Shown: positions 7,298-15,923 of the stretch, piece after piece | Layout of the letters: each line of letters opens with the position of its first letter | Numbering within the stretch: the stretch's first letter is position 1 | From: Trichlorobacter lovleyi SZ | GTDB lineage: Bacteria > Desulfobacterota > Desulfuromonadia > Geobacterales > Pseudopelobacteraceae | Assembly (NCBI RefSeq): GCF_000020385.1 | Contig: NC_010814.1 | Location: 3,748,553-3,772,552, forward strand | Direction: 5' to 3' | DNA length: 24,000 bases | Position numbers and translations under genes: made by a program | Notes under the pieces: model-generated | What the model was told of the DNA's origin: nothing | Seen by the model: only the letters and a program-made list of their open reading frames with translations | Databases searched by the model: none

Positions 7298-8325
7298 TGT
7301 CTGAAGAGCGGAAAGGGTTTTTGCGGGGGATGTTTGAACGGGCAACCGGAGCCGCTCCCCAGGAGTTACAAACCGAACAGCCCCCTGCAGACGAATCCCG
7401 GAATAAGCCGGGCCTGTTTGAACGCCTCAAGGCAGGCCTGAAAAAGACCACCGACGGCCTGGTGGGCCGGATCGATGCGCTGGTACTCGGCAAAAAGGAG
7501 ATTGATGCCGACACCCTGGAGGAGCTGGAAGAGATCCTGATCACATCCGATATCGGGGTCAAGACCACGGTAGAGCTGATCCGCAGCCTGGAGCAGCGCC
7601 TCTCACGCAATGAACTGAAAGATGGTGCCGCCTTGCGCGGTGCCTTGAAAGACGAACTGCTGGCACGCCTGCTGGCACACCATACCCCGCTGCGGCTTGA
7701 GGGAACGGCACCGTTTACCATCCTGGTCGTAGGGGTCAACGGCGTCGGCAAGACCACCACCATCGGCAAGCTGGCCGCCAAATACGCTGCTGAAGGCCGC
7801 AAGGTACTGCTGGCGGCAGGAGACACCTTCCGTGCCGCTGCAGCAGAGCAGCTTGAAATTTGGGGCGACCGGGCAGGGGTGTCCGTTATCCGCCATCAGG
7901 AGGGTGCCGACCCGTCGGCAGTTGCCTTTGATGCCTGCAAGGCTGCGGTCAGCCGTGGCACCGAGATCCTGATTATCGACACGGCCGGACGGTTACACAC
8001 CAAGGTCAACCTGATGGAAGAGATGAAGAAGATCCATCGTGTTATCGGACGTGAAATCCCCGGGGCCCCCCACGAAACGCTGCTGGTACTTGATGGCGCC
8101 ACCGGCCAGAACGCCCTTTCCCAGGCCCGGCTCTTTAAGGAGTCTGCCGGGGTGACCGGCATTGCCCTGACCAAGCTGGATGGCACTGCCAAAGGCGGTA
8201 TTGTGGTGGCGGTTTCCCATGAATTCGGCCTGCCTGTCCGCTTTATCGGGGTAGGCGAAGGTATTGACGACCTGCGCGAATTTGAACCCAACGAGTTTGT
8301 GGATGCCCTCTTCCAAACCTCATAA
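7297..8325 (+). CDS. ftsY: Signal recognition particle receptor FtsY
   Basis: SRP GTPase motifs [22 protein letters not shown] and [17 protein letters not shown] lies 6 nt upstream of ATG 7297; the track start 7294 is a TTG one codon earlier. Confidence 0.95.
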   Translation: MSEERKGFLRGMFERATGAAPQELQTEQPPADESRNKPGLFERLKAGLKKTTDGLVGRIDALVLGKKEIDADTLEELEEILITSDIGVKTTVELIRSLEQRLSRNELKDGAALRGALKDELLARLLAHHTPLRLEGTAPFTILVVGVNGVGKTTTIGKLAAKYAAEGRKVLLAAGDTFRAAAAEQLEIWGDRAGVSVIRHQEGADPSAVAFDACKAAVSRGTEILIIDTAGRLHTKVNLMEEMKKIHRVIGREIPGAPHETLLVLDGATGQNALSQARLFKESAGVTGIALTKLDGTAKGGIVVAVSHEFGLPVRFIGVGEGIDDLREFEPNEFVDALFQTS

Positions 8326-8360
8326 CCAGCACGGCACGGACGCCCCCATGCAAATGGGCC

Positions 8361-8389
8361 TTGACTTTATTCAGGAAAATCAATACATT
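8361..8389 (+). promoter_or_regulatory. Sigma70-like promoter upstream of zapB-zapA
   Basis: TTGACT (8361-8366), a 17-nt spacer, then TACATT (8384-8389), about 28 nt upstream of the zapB GTG. Confidence 0.45.
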
Positions 8390-8416
8390 ATTGCACCTTC
8401 AGAAGGAGACATCGTC

Positions 8417-8593
8417 GTGGAAGCAGAACTTTTTGAAAAACTTGAAGAAAAAATCAGCACCCTGTTGTCCAACTATGCGGCCCTCAAGGAAGAAAAGCGG
8501 ATGCTGGCTGAAGAAAACGCACGTCTGCAGCAGGAGCGTGAAGGGCTGAAAGGACGCATTGATAGCATACTGAGTAGACTTGAAGGCGTGTAA
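8417..8593 (+). CDS. zapB: Cell division protein ZapB (short coiled coil)
   Basis: (V)EAELFEKLEEKISTLL...RIDSILSRLEGV parallels E. coli ZapB SLEVFEKLEAKVQQAI...RLQALLGRMEEV. GTG 8417 has AGAAGGAG 8 nt upstream. The longer track ORF (8264) overlaps ftsY and contains the promoter above. Confidence 0.7.
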   Translation: MEAELFEKLEEKISTLLSNYAALKEEKRMLAEENARLQQEREGLKGRIDSILSRLEGV

Positions 8594-8596
8594 GGG

Positions 8597-8875
8597 ATGA
8601 TCAGGGGCCATCTGGTCACGGTACTGGGACGTGAAATCCCGGTCCGTAGTGCTGCACCTGAGGAAAAGGTGCGTGAGGTCGAGGCCTTTGTCAATGAGCG
8701 GATTGAAGCGATCCGCTCCCGGCTGACCACAGCCGACCCGCAGCTGCTGGTGACCCTGGCATTGCTGAACCTGTCGGAATCATACCTGGAACTGCAGCAC
8801 CGGCAGGACGGCTCAGGCAGCACACTGGAGGCCAGACTTACCAGCATGCTTGATCAGTTGGATCACGTTTTGTAG
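8597..8875 (+). CDS. zapA: Cell division protein ZapA
   Basis: 92 aa. VTVLGREIPVRSAAPEEKVREVEAFVNERIEAIR....LLVTLALLNLSESYLEL is the ZapA pattern. It sits between zapB and the ssrS/5-FCL position. Confidence 0.8.
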   Translation: MIRGHLVTVLGREIPVRSAAPEEKVREVEAFVNERIEAIRSRLTTADPQLLVTLALLNLSESYLELQHRQDGSGSTLEARLTSMLDQLDHVL

Positions 8876-8934
8876 TCTAGTAAATAATTGATAAACTGCC
8901 ATCAACGACGCAGCTTTCTGCGGCATGGATGAAT

Positions 8935-9145
8935 GGGCGTACAGGAACAGACAGTAATAATCAGCAGGTTACAACAGTGAAGCCAGGCCTGGACAGCGGC
9001 CTGAACTGGCATGAGCACCCGGTCTCTTCAGGGAGACTTGATATATACTACCAACGCATGAACCATCTGTATTAGTTCAGTTTTCGCATTTGTTGCGTAC
9101 TGATACCTGCACTGGCTTTATATATCCCCGGCATGAAAGGGGCAT
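8935..9145 (+). ncRNA. ssrS: Candidate 6S RNA (ends uncertain by about 30 nt)
   Basis: The zapA / intergenic / 5-formyl-THF cyclo-ligase order matches the conserved zapA-ssrS-ygfA synteny. By eye, the 370-nt gap folds as an extended rod with three long-range helices. GCAGGT (8964-8969) pairs with ACCTGC (9105-9110). CAACAG (8972-8977) pairs with TTGTTG (9090-9095), including one G-U. CTGAACTGG (9001-9009) pairs with TTAGTTCAG (9072-9080). An unpaired or bubble region lies at 8980-9000 and an apical hairpin GTCTC/GAGAC at 9022-9037. No covariance model was run. Confidence 0.45.
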
Positions 9146-9181
9146 CCGGTAACAGCAGAACCGGCACTACCGGATTTTTCT
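9146..9181 (+). terminator. Intrinsic terminator after the candidate 6S RNA
   Basis: CCGGTA (9146-9151) and TACCGG (9168-9173) form a stem with an inner GC pair, followed by ATTTTTCTT. Confidence 0.55.
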
Positions 9182-9244
9182 TCCATCCTCCCTGCAGCAG
9201 ACCAGACCCAGCTCCTGGGTAACATCCTGTTTGTACGCATTTTT

Positions 9245-9850
9245 ATGAGGGCTGGCATGCCCAAGAAATCATTACGCTCCGATCTGTTGGCCCACCGCCG
9301 GGCCATTGATCACGCCCTCTGGCAGGATGCGAGTACAGCGGCACAGTTACGCCTGATCAGCCTTGAGGCCTTTCAACGGGCAGCGTGCATCGCACTCTAT
9401 TCGCCGATCCAGCGGGAAATCGATACCGGGCTGCTTTTTTCCAAGGCACGTTCCAAGGGAAAGCGGGTGCTGTATCCCCTCGTCTGCGGCGCAACCCTGC
9501 AATTCAGGGAGGTTAACGCGCCAGAGCAATGCACTCCCGGTGCCTTTGGCATCCTCGAGCCATGCCGGCTGGGCGAGGACCACGCACTTGAAACGGCGGA
9601 CCTGATTGTAGTGCCGGGGGTTGCCTTTGACCTGCAGGGGCACCGTATCGGTTTTGGCAAAGGCTACTATGACCGTTGCCTGAGCCAGCTGCAAAGACAT
9701 GGCGTTCTTGTTGGATTATGCCATGATTTTCAGTTGTTGGAGCGAATACCGGCAGAGGGGCATGACATCAGGATGCAGCATATTATAACGGACAAACGCC
9801 TGATCAGTGTATCAGGAACCGAGGCAGGAACCGGCAGTACGCCGGATTAA
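9245..9850 (+). CDS. ygfA: 5-formyltetrahydrofolate cyclo-ligase
   Basis: LR..LL..R...........A.......L........IALY.P...E.D, plus [23 protein letters not shown], is the 5-FCL signature. The start could be ATG 9245 or ATG 9257 (MPKKSL). Confidence 0.85.
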   Translation: MRAGMPKKSLRSDLLAHRRAIDHALWQDASTAAQLRLISLEAFQRAACIALYSPIQREIDTGLLFSKARSKGKRVLYPLVCGATLQFREVNAPEQCTPGAFGILEPCRLGEDHALETADLIVVPGVAFDLQGHRIGFGKGYYDRCLSQLQRHGVLVGLCHDFQLLERIPAEGHDIRMQHIITDKRLISVSGTEAGTGSTPD

Positions 9851-9869
9851 ATATACGGAAGGAGGCGGT

Positions 9870-11435
9870 ATGATAACCAGTATCGTCATGGCGTTGGTGA
9901 TCGTTGCGGTCGCCGGTGTAGCGTATGTCGCAGGCAACCGTTTTGGACGCAAAAGCACTGAGGGACTTGTAGCTCAGGCGGAAGAGTTGGCAGCACGCCT
10001 GCTTGAAGATGCCCGTCGTGAAGCAGACAACATCGCAAAAGAGGCTGAACTGAAGGCAAAGAACGCGGCCCTTGAAGCTAAAGAGGCTGCTGAAGGTGAA
10101 TTAAAAGAAAAAAAGCGTGAAATTCAGGTACAGGAAAAAAGGATACAGCAGAAGGAAGAGCATCTGGACAAAAAATCAGCTCTGGTCGACCAAAAAGAGA
10201 TGGACCTGCTGAAGAAAGAACAGTCCGTATCTACAAAAGAACAGGCATTAGCCGCAAAGGAAGATGAACTGACAAAGGCCGCTAGTGAGCAGCGTGCCCG
10301 ACTTGAGCAGATCTCCGGCATGTCCGCAGAAGAGGCAAAAAACACACTGATTGAAGCGATGGAGAGTGAGGCCAAGCATGACGCGGCCAAACGGATCAAA
10401 CTGATTGAGGAAGAAGCCAAGGAAACTGCTGACAAGAAGGCAAAGGAGATCATCGCAGCGGCGATTCAACGTTATGCCGGCGAGTATGTCTCTGAAAAAT
10501 GCGTCTCAGTGGTACCGCTGCCGTCTGATGAAATGAAAGGCCGGATTATCGGGCGTGAAGGCCGCAACATCCGTGCACTGGAGGCTGCCACCGGTATAGA
10601 CCTGATCATTGATGACACCCCTGAAGCGGTAATCCTGTCCGGCTTCAACCCGGTCCGCCGTGAGGTTGCCCGTCTGTCGCTGGAAAAACTGCTGGCCGAT
10701 GGCCGGATTCATCCGGGCCGGATCGAAGAGGTGGTTGCAAAATCTGAAGAAGAGGTTGAAAAGGCGATCAAGGAGGCTGGCGAACAGGCCGCCTTTGACC
10801 TGGGTGTACATGGCATCCATCCTGAGGTGCTCAAGCTGATCGGCCGCCTCAAATACCGCACCTCGTACACTCAGAACGTCTATCAACACTCCCTTGAAGT
10901 TGCCTTCCTGTGCGGTATCATGGCCGCCGAACTGGGGATCAACGTCAAGCAGGCCAAGCGGGCCGGCCTGCTGCATGACCTGGGCAAGGCGGTTGACCAT
11001 GAGGTTGAAGGTTCCCATGCCGTCATCGGCGCTGATCTGGCACGTAAATACGGGGAATCACCAAAGATTGTCCATGCCATTGCGGCTCACCATGAAGACG
11101 AAAAACCCTCCACGATCCTGGCGGTACTGGTACAGGCAGCCGATGCCCTCTCCGGGGCACGCCCGGGTGCACGGCGCGAGATGATGGAATCCTATGTCAA
11201 GCGGCTGGAAGACCTGGAGCGGATCGCCACCTCCTTTAACGGTGTCAGCGGTTCCTTTGCCATCCAGGCCGGTCGCGAGATCCGGGTCATGGTCTCCAGC
11301 GATCAGGTTTCCGACGAACAATCGGTACTGCTGGCACGGGATATTGCCAAAAAGATCGAGAGCGAGATGACCTACCCCGGCATGATCAAGGTCAATGTGA
11401 TTCGTGAAACGCGCGCCACAGAGTTTGCACGGTAA
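9870..11435 (+). CDS. rny: Ribonuclease Y
   Basis: N-terminal TM helix [21 protein letters not shown], a lysine/glutamate-rich coiled coil, KH domain [15 protein letters not shown] and HD domain HSLEVA...LLHDLGK. GGAAGGAGG precedes ATG 9870. The track extension from 9807 overlaps the previous gene. Confidence 0.95.
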   Translation: MITSIVMALVIVAVAGVAYVAGNRFGRKSTEGLVAQAEELAARLLEDARREADNIAKEAELKAKNAALEAKEAAEGELKEKKREIQVQEKRIQQKEEHLDKKSALVDQKEMDLLKKEQSVSTKEQALAAKEDELTKAASEQRARLEQISGMSAEEAKNTLIEAMESEAKHDAAKRIKLIEEEAKETADKKAKEIIAAAIQRYAGEYVSEKCVSVVPLPSDEMKGRIIGREGRNIRALEAATGIDLIIDDTPEAVILSGFNPVRREVARLSLEKLLADGRIHPGRIEEVVAKSEEEVEKAIKEAGEQAAFDLGVHGIHPEVLKLIGRLKYRTSYTQNVYQHSLEVAFLCGIMAAELGINVKQAKRAGLLHDLGKAVDHEVEGSHAVIGADLARKYGESPKIVHAIAAHHEDEKPSTILAVLVQAADALSGARPGARREMMESYVKRLEDLERIATSFNGVSGSFAIQAGREIRVMVSSDQVSDEQSVLLARDIAKKIESEMTYPGMIKVNVIRETRATEFAR

Positions 11436-12221
11436 ATGTCAGTCCGCATCTTATTCATAGGCGACATCGTCGGCAGCCCGGGCCGGACCGCCATCAGCCG
11501 GGAACTGCACCGGCTGGTGGATCGTCATGCGGTTGATCTGGTGATTGCCAACGGCGAAAACGCTGCCGGTGGTTTCGGCATCACCCCGGACACGGCTGAC
11601 GAACTGTATCGTCAGGGGGTCCATCTGCTGACCAGCGGCAACCATATCTGGGATAAAAAAGACAACAGCGGGTTTCTGGATCGGGAAGAACGGATCATCC
11701 GTCCGCTCAACTACCCGCCCGGCACCCCGGGCCGCGGCTCCACCCTGCTCGAGACCCCGGGCGGTATCAAGGTCGGCGTGCTGAATCTGGAAGGCCGGGT
11801 CTACATGAAGAACCTGGACTGTCCTTTCCGTTGTGCCGATGCGGAGCTGGAACTTTTGAGAAAACAAACGTCCATCATTCTGTTGGATTTCCATGCCGAG
11901 ACCACCTCTGAGAAGGCCTCCCTGGGCTGGTACCTGGATGGCCGCGTCTCTGCGGTGGTGGGCACCCATACCCATGTCCAGACCGCTGATGAGCGGATCC
12001 TGCCGAACGGCACCGCCTACATCACCGACGTGGGGATGACCGGTTCCTTTGATTCGGTGATCGGCGTGGACAAAGGACAGGCGATCCAGCGTTTCCTGAC
12101 CCAGCAGTCAGTCAAGTTCGACATCCCCAAGAAGGATCTGCGGATTAATGCCGTGGTGATCGGGATAGACACCAAAACAGGCAAAGCCGTCAGCATTGAG
12201 CGAATCAATGCTGCCTGTTGA
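11436..12221 (+). CDS. ymdB: YmdB-like metallophosphoesterase (TIGR00282 family, 2',3'-cyclic-nucleotide phosphodiesterase)
   Basis: ILFIGDIVGSPGR, ANGENAAGGFGIT, GNHIWDKK and GTHTHVQTADERILP. The ATG directly abuts the rny TAA (11433-11435), matching the rny-ymdB pairing known from Bacillus. Confidence 0.9.
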   Translation: MSVRILFIGDIVGSPGRTAISRELHRLVDRHAVDLVIANGENAAGGFGITPDTADELYRQGVHLLTSGNHIWDKKDNSGFLDREERIIRPLNYPPGTPGRGSTLLETPGGIKVGVLNLEGRVYMKNLDCPFRCADAELELLRKQTSIILLDFHAETTSEKASLGWYLDGRVSAVVGTHTHVQTADERILPNGTAYITDVGMTGSFDSVIGVDKGQAIQRFLTQQSVKFDIPKKDLRINAVVIGIDTKTGKAVSIERINAAC

Positions 12222-12239
12222 AGATAGAAGGAGTTTGAA

Positions 12240-13445
12240 ATGAGTGGAACCGTTGCCGAACAGATTGCCGTGATCAAGCGCGGCTGTGTTGAACTGCTGA
12301 TCCAAAAGGAACTGGAAGACAAACTGGCCACCGGCCGCCCGCTGATCATCAAGGCCGGTTTTGACCCCACCGCACCCGACCTGCACCTGGGGCATACGGT
12401 ACTGATTCAGAAGCTGCGTCAGTTTCAGCAGTTAGGCCATGATGTCCACTTCCTGATCGGCGACTTCACCGGTATGATCGGCGACCCCACCGGCAAATCC
12501 GAGACCCGCAAGGTCCTGACCCGCGAAGATGTCCTGCGCAATGCCGAGACCTACAAAGAGCAGGTCTTCAAGATCCTTGACCCGGAAAAGACCAAGGTGG
12601 TCTTCAACTCCTCCTGGCTGAACGAACTGGGCTGCGGCGGCATGATCGGCCTGGCCTCAAAATACACCGTGGCCCGCATGCTGGAACGGGATGACTTCCA
12701 CAAGCGCTACAGCACCCAACAGCCGATTGCGATCCACGAATTCCTGTACCCGTTGATTCAGGGCTATGACTCGGTGGCCATGAAGGCCGATGTGGAGCTG
12801 GGCGGCACCGATCAGAAGTTCAACCTGCTGATGGGGCGTGAGCTGCAGCGGGAGTGGGGTCAGACACCCCAGTGCGTCTTGACCATGCCGCTGCTGGAAG
12901 GTCTGGACGGCGTCAATAAGATGTCAAAATCGCTGGGCAACTACATCGGCATCAGTGAGGCGCCGGACGAGATCTTCGGCAAGGTGATGTCGATCTCTGA
13001 CGAGCTGATGCTGCGTTACTACGAACTGCTTTCAGACAAGAGCCTTGCCGAGATCGAGCAGTTGAAGAGCGGCCTGGCAGATGGCTCACTACACCCGATG
13101 GCAGCCAAGAAGGCGTTGGGACGCGAGATTGTGACCCGTTTCCACGGTGCCGGTGCCGGTGATACAGCGGAAGAGAACTTTGTGAAGCGGTTCAAGGAAA
13201 ACGAGATTCCGGACGAGATGCCCCAGGTCAGCTATGGCACGGCTGATTGCCCGCTGCTGCTGGCAAAGGCGCTGACCGAGGCCGGCCTGACCAAGTCCAA
13301 TGGTGAGGCCCGCCGCTCCATTGATCAGGGCGGGGTCAAGCTGAACGGCGAGAAGGTCAGCAACACCAACCTGGAGCTGACAGCGGCTGGTGAGTACATC
13401 GTCCAGATCGGCAAACGCCGCTTTGTCAGGATCGTGATCGCCTGA
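12240..13445 (+). CDS. tyrS: Tyrosine--tRNA ligase
   Basis: Class I motifs HLGH and KMSKS, plus a C-terminal S4-like domain ([25 protein letters not shown]). GAAGGAG lies 6 nt before the ATG. Confidence 0.95.
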   Translation: MSGTVAEQIAVIKRGCVELLIQKELEDKLATGRPLIIKAGFDPTAPDLHLGHTVLIQKLRQFQQLGHDVHFLIGDFTGMIGDPTGKSETRKVLTREDVLRNAETYKEQVFKILDPEKTKVVFNSSWLNELGCGGMIGLASKYTVARMLERDDFHKRYSTQQPIAIHEFLYPLIQGYDSVAMKADVELGGTDQKFNLLMGRELQREWGQTPQCVLTMPLLEGLDGVNKMSKSLGNYIGISEAPDEIFGKVMSISDELMLRYYELLSDKSLAEIEQLKSGLADGSLHPMAAKKALGREIVTRFHGAGAGDTAEENFVKRFKENEIPDEMPQVSYGTADCPLLLAKALTEAGLTKSNGEARRSIDQGGVKLNGEKVSNTNLELTAAGEYIVQIGKRRFVRIVIA

Positions 13446-13466
13446 AACAGTGCTGCCGGATAACGC

Positions 13467-13507
13467 ATAAAACCCCGTAAGAAGTTGTTCTTACGGGGTT
13501 TTCTTTC
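13467..13507. terminator. Bidirectional rho-independent terminator between convergent tyrS and the collagen-like gene
   Basis: AACCCCGTAAGAA (13471-13483), loop GTTG, TTCTTACGGGGTT (13488-13500). It is flanked by an A-run upstream and TTCTTTC downstream. Confidence 0.8.
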
Positions 13508-13515
13508 AGAGCTGA

Positions 13516-14526
13516 TCAGTAATTCACCGTTGCCATGATGCTCATCTTTAGATAGTTTGCACCCTGGGTCGGCGGGTCTGCCGAGCCGTAATAGGTGTCA
13601 CCTGTAGCCGACAATGTCGTTGTTGTCCCGGAATAGTAAAACCCGATGTATTCTCCGGCATTGATGAAGACCGAAGGAAATGTGACCGTCACCAATCCGG
13701 TTGAAGTAATTGCGACATCGGAGCTTGAACGCAGTGTTTTATGGGTACTGTCCTTGATCAGCAGCCTGAAGGTACCGGTTGAATTCACACGAATATCAAC
13801 CGATGAGATGGTACCTGCATGGGGGGCCATATACCCGGTAAAATAGTACATATTCGAATTGAAACCCGAAGTGCCGCTGGTCTGGCCCAGAAGATCCTGC
13901 TGGACAATGGCAACGGTGTTCCAGGCCGTACCGTTGTAGAAGTTGAGCATTTTATCCGTGGTGTTATAGATCATCAGCCCGGCCGGCGGCGAAGCGATGG
14001 CATTACGCTGCGCCGTGGTCAGCCGTGGCGGCAGGAAACCTTTACTGGTGGAAGTGACATCCAGCGCGGCAGCCGTGGCAGGCGAACTTACTCCGATCCC
14101 GAGCGAGCCGTTTGTATAGACCGCATTAGCACCGTTCAAGGTAAAGGGACTGGCACCGGTATCACCCTTAAGCCCCTGAACACCTTGAGGGCCTTGGACC
14201 CCCTGAGCCCCGGTTGCACCGGTATCACCCTTGGGGCCCTGTGGTCCCACCAACGCCACCCCCGCCCCCCAGCTCCCGGTGTAGGGGCCGTAGAGCAGAT
14301 TGTTGGCAGTATCGATATAAAAGTCACCGGGATTGGCAACCACATTGTTCACAACCGGTGAGCCGCTGCCGTTCAGGACACTCTTGCCGTCCTTGGGAGC
14401 CCTGGTAATGAAACTGCCGTCAGGAAAGTACAACGCATCATTTGAAATCATGAAGGCACCCTCTGCAGCCAATAAAGCAGATGGCAGGACAGACAGCACC
14501 AGCGCAACAACAAGTCGCTTTAGCAT
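13516..14526 (-). CDS. Secreted collagen-like triple-helix repeat protein with tail-fibre-like flanking domains
   Basis: Signal peptide MLKRLVVALVLSVLPSALLAAEG, with ATG 14526 preceded by AGGGGTG. GDFYIDTANNLLYGPYTGSWG is followed by an uninterrupted G-X-Y run GPQGPKGDTGATGAQGVQGPQGVQGLKGDTGA. Then comes GFLPPRLTTAQRNAIASPPAGLMIYNTTDKMLNFYNGTAWNTV and a roughly 120-aa beta-rich C-terminal domain. The track start 14706 adds 60 aa without a signal peptide. Confidence 0.8.
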   Translation of the reverse strand: MLKRLVVALVLSVLPSALLAAEGAFMISNDALYFPDGSFITRAPKDGKSVLNGSGSPVVNNVVANPGDFYIDTANNLLYGPYTGSWGAGVALVGPQGPKGDTGATGAQGVQGPQGVQGLKGDTGASPFTLNGANAVYTNGSLGIGVSSPATAAALDVTSTSKGFLPPRLTTAQRNAIASPPAGLMIYNTTDKMLNFYNGTAWNTVAIVQQDLLGQTSGTSGFNSNMYYFTGYMAPHAGTISSVDIRVNSTGTFRLLIKDSTHKTLRSSSDVAITSTGLVTVTFPSVFINAGEYIGFYYSGTTTTLSATGDTYYGSADPPTQGANYLKMSIMATVNY

Positions 14527-14723
14527 ACAAACACCCCTAAGATTGATTACAGTACACGGTGATCCGGCCTCAGCCTGCCGGTTACAACAGCTTTGGATAT
14601 AAAGTCGTATAGTACCACAAGTTACCTGTCTGTCCAGACTTGCCATTTTGCTCGAAAATATGAGCGCCCTTTGGTAGGGTGTGGTGAAGGTACCGGCACA
14701 TTTCAAGATTCCCGAGGTATCGA

Positions 14724-15920
14724 ATGGAACAACGGATAGTAGGGGCTGACACGGTCAGGATGCTGGAACTGGGGCACCCCTGGATCATTGCGGATACTTT
14801 CACCAGGCGCTGGCCCAAGGCAAAGGCCGGCGATCTGGTAGAGCTGACTGATGAGCGGGGCAGACCACTGGCCATTGCCCTGCTGGACCCGGCTGACCGG
14901 ATCGTGGCACGGGTGCTTGCCCATCATTCGATGCAGCTGGATCGCGGCTGGATCAAAAAGCGGCTGCAGGCCGCCATCACCCTGCGGGAACGGTATGCCG
15001 ATCTGGACGACACCAGCGCCTACCGCCTGGTGAACGCCGAGGGCGACGGCCTGCCCGGCCTGACCGTGGACCGTTATGCAGACTACCTGATGATCCAGCT
15101 CTACTGCGAAGGCTGGCGACCCCACCTGAAACTGGTGACCAGCGTCCTGCAGGAACTGTTGCAACCACTCGGGATCTATGAGAAGGCACGCCCCCAGAAC
15201 ACCCGTGAACTGGAGGCGGTCAGTGACAGCAAGAAGTACGGCAGATTGTTGACAGGCAGCGCAGCACCGCAACGGCTGGAGGTGCAGGAAAATGGTCTCA
15301 GCTTTCTGGTTGCTTTGGAAGAAGGGCTCAACACCGGACTGTTTCTGGACCAGCGGGAGAACCGCCGCAGTCTGATGCCGCGCATGGCCGGCAAGCGCTT
15401 CCTGAACCTGTTTGCCTACACCGGCGCCTTTTCCGTGGCAGCTGCGGCAAGCGGCGCAAGCCAGGTCACCTCGGTGGATGTCTCACCCGGCTATACCGAC
15501 TGGAACCGGGCCAACTTCAGCGCCAACCGCCTGAATCCCAAGAAGCACCGCTTTCTGGTGGGAGACTGTATGACCAGACTTGCGGAGCTGGCTACCGCCA
15601 ACGAGAAGTTTGACATCATCCTAATGGACCCCCCCTCTTTTTCCACCACCACCAAAGGACGTTTCACCACCCGTGGCGGCACCAGCGACCTGGTGGCGGC
15701 CTGTCTGCCGCTGCTGGTTGATGGCGGCCTGCTGATCTGCTCCTCCAATCACCAGAAGACCGATCTGGCCGACTACCTGAAGGAGCTGCGCCGGGGTGCC
15801 CTGCAGGCCGGTGCAGAGCTGTGGGTGATTGAACAAAAGGGGCAGCCGGTTGACTTCCCCTATCCGGTTACCCTGCCAGAGGGACGCTATCTCAAATATC
15901 TGGCCTGTGTGAAAGGATAA
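14724..15920 (+). CDS. rlmI: SAM-dependent 23S rRNA m5C methyltransferase, RlmI-like (PUA plus class I MTase)
   Basis: YRLVNAEGDGLPGLTVDRYADYLMIQL, GLFLDQRENR, LNLFAYTGAFSVAAA, ILMDPPSFS and PEGRYLKYLACV run parallel to E. coli RlmI along its whole length. Confidence 0.8.
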   Translation: MEQRIVGADTVRMLELGHPWIIADTFTRRWPKAKAGDLVELTDERGRPLAIALLDPADRIVARVLAHHSMQLDRGWIKKRLQAAITLRERYADLDDTSAYRLVNAEGDGLPGLTVDRYADYLMIQLYCEGWRPHLKLVTSVLQELLQPLGIYEKARPQNTRELEAVSDSKKYGRLLTGSAAPQRLEVQENGLSFLVALEEGLNTGLFLDQRENRRSLMPRMAGKRFLNLFAYTGAFSVAAAASGASQVTSVDVSPGYTDWNRANFSANRLNPKKHRFLVGDCMTRLAELATANEKFDIILMDPPSFSTTTKGRFTTRGGTSDLVAACLPLLVDGGLLICSSNHQKTDLADYLKELRRGALQAGAELWVIEQKGQPVDFPYPVTLPEGRYLKYLACVKG

Positions 15921-15923
15921 GCG

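Noticed and set aside
7260-8416. Antisense ORFs over ftsY (7260-7826, 7896-8291, 7993-8316) and the 8264-8416 extension of the zapB ORF
   Set aside because: ftsY motifs occupy the plus frame. The zapB extension overlaps ftsY, lacks an SD and contains the predicted promoter.
9118-9306. Minus-strand 62-aa ORF across the 6S/terminator region and the 5-FCL start
   Set aside because: It has no SD, it overlaps a structured RNA region and the start of a supported gene, and its composition looks non-coding.
9347-13445. Alternate-frame and antisense ORFs within 5-FCL, rny, ymdB and tyrS, such as 10506-11018, 11451-11975 and 12017-12395, plus the rny extension 9807-9869
   Set aside because: Each overlaps a strongly supported gene. 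None shows family motifs or a ribosome-binding site.
13646-14706. Plus-strand ORFs antisense to the collagen-like gene (13819-14361 and others) and its 60-aa N-terminal extension (14527-14706)
   Set aside because: The G-X-Y periodicity and signal peptide identify the minus frame from ATG 14526. The extension would bury the signal peptide.
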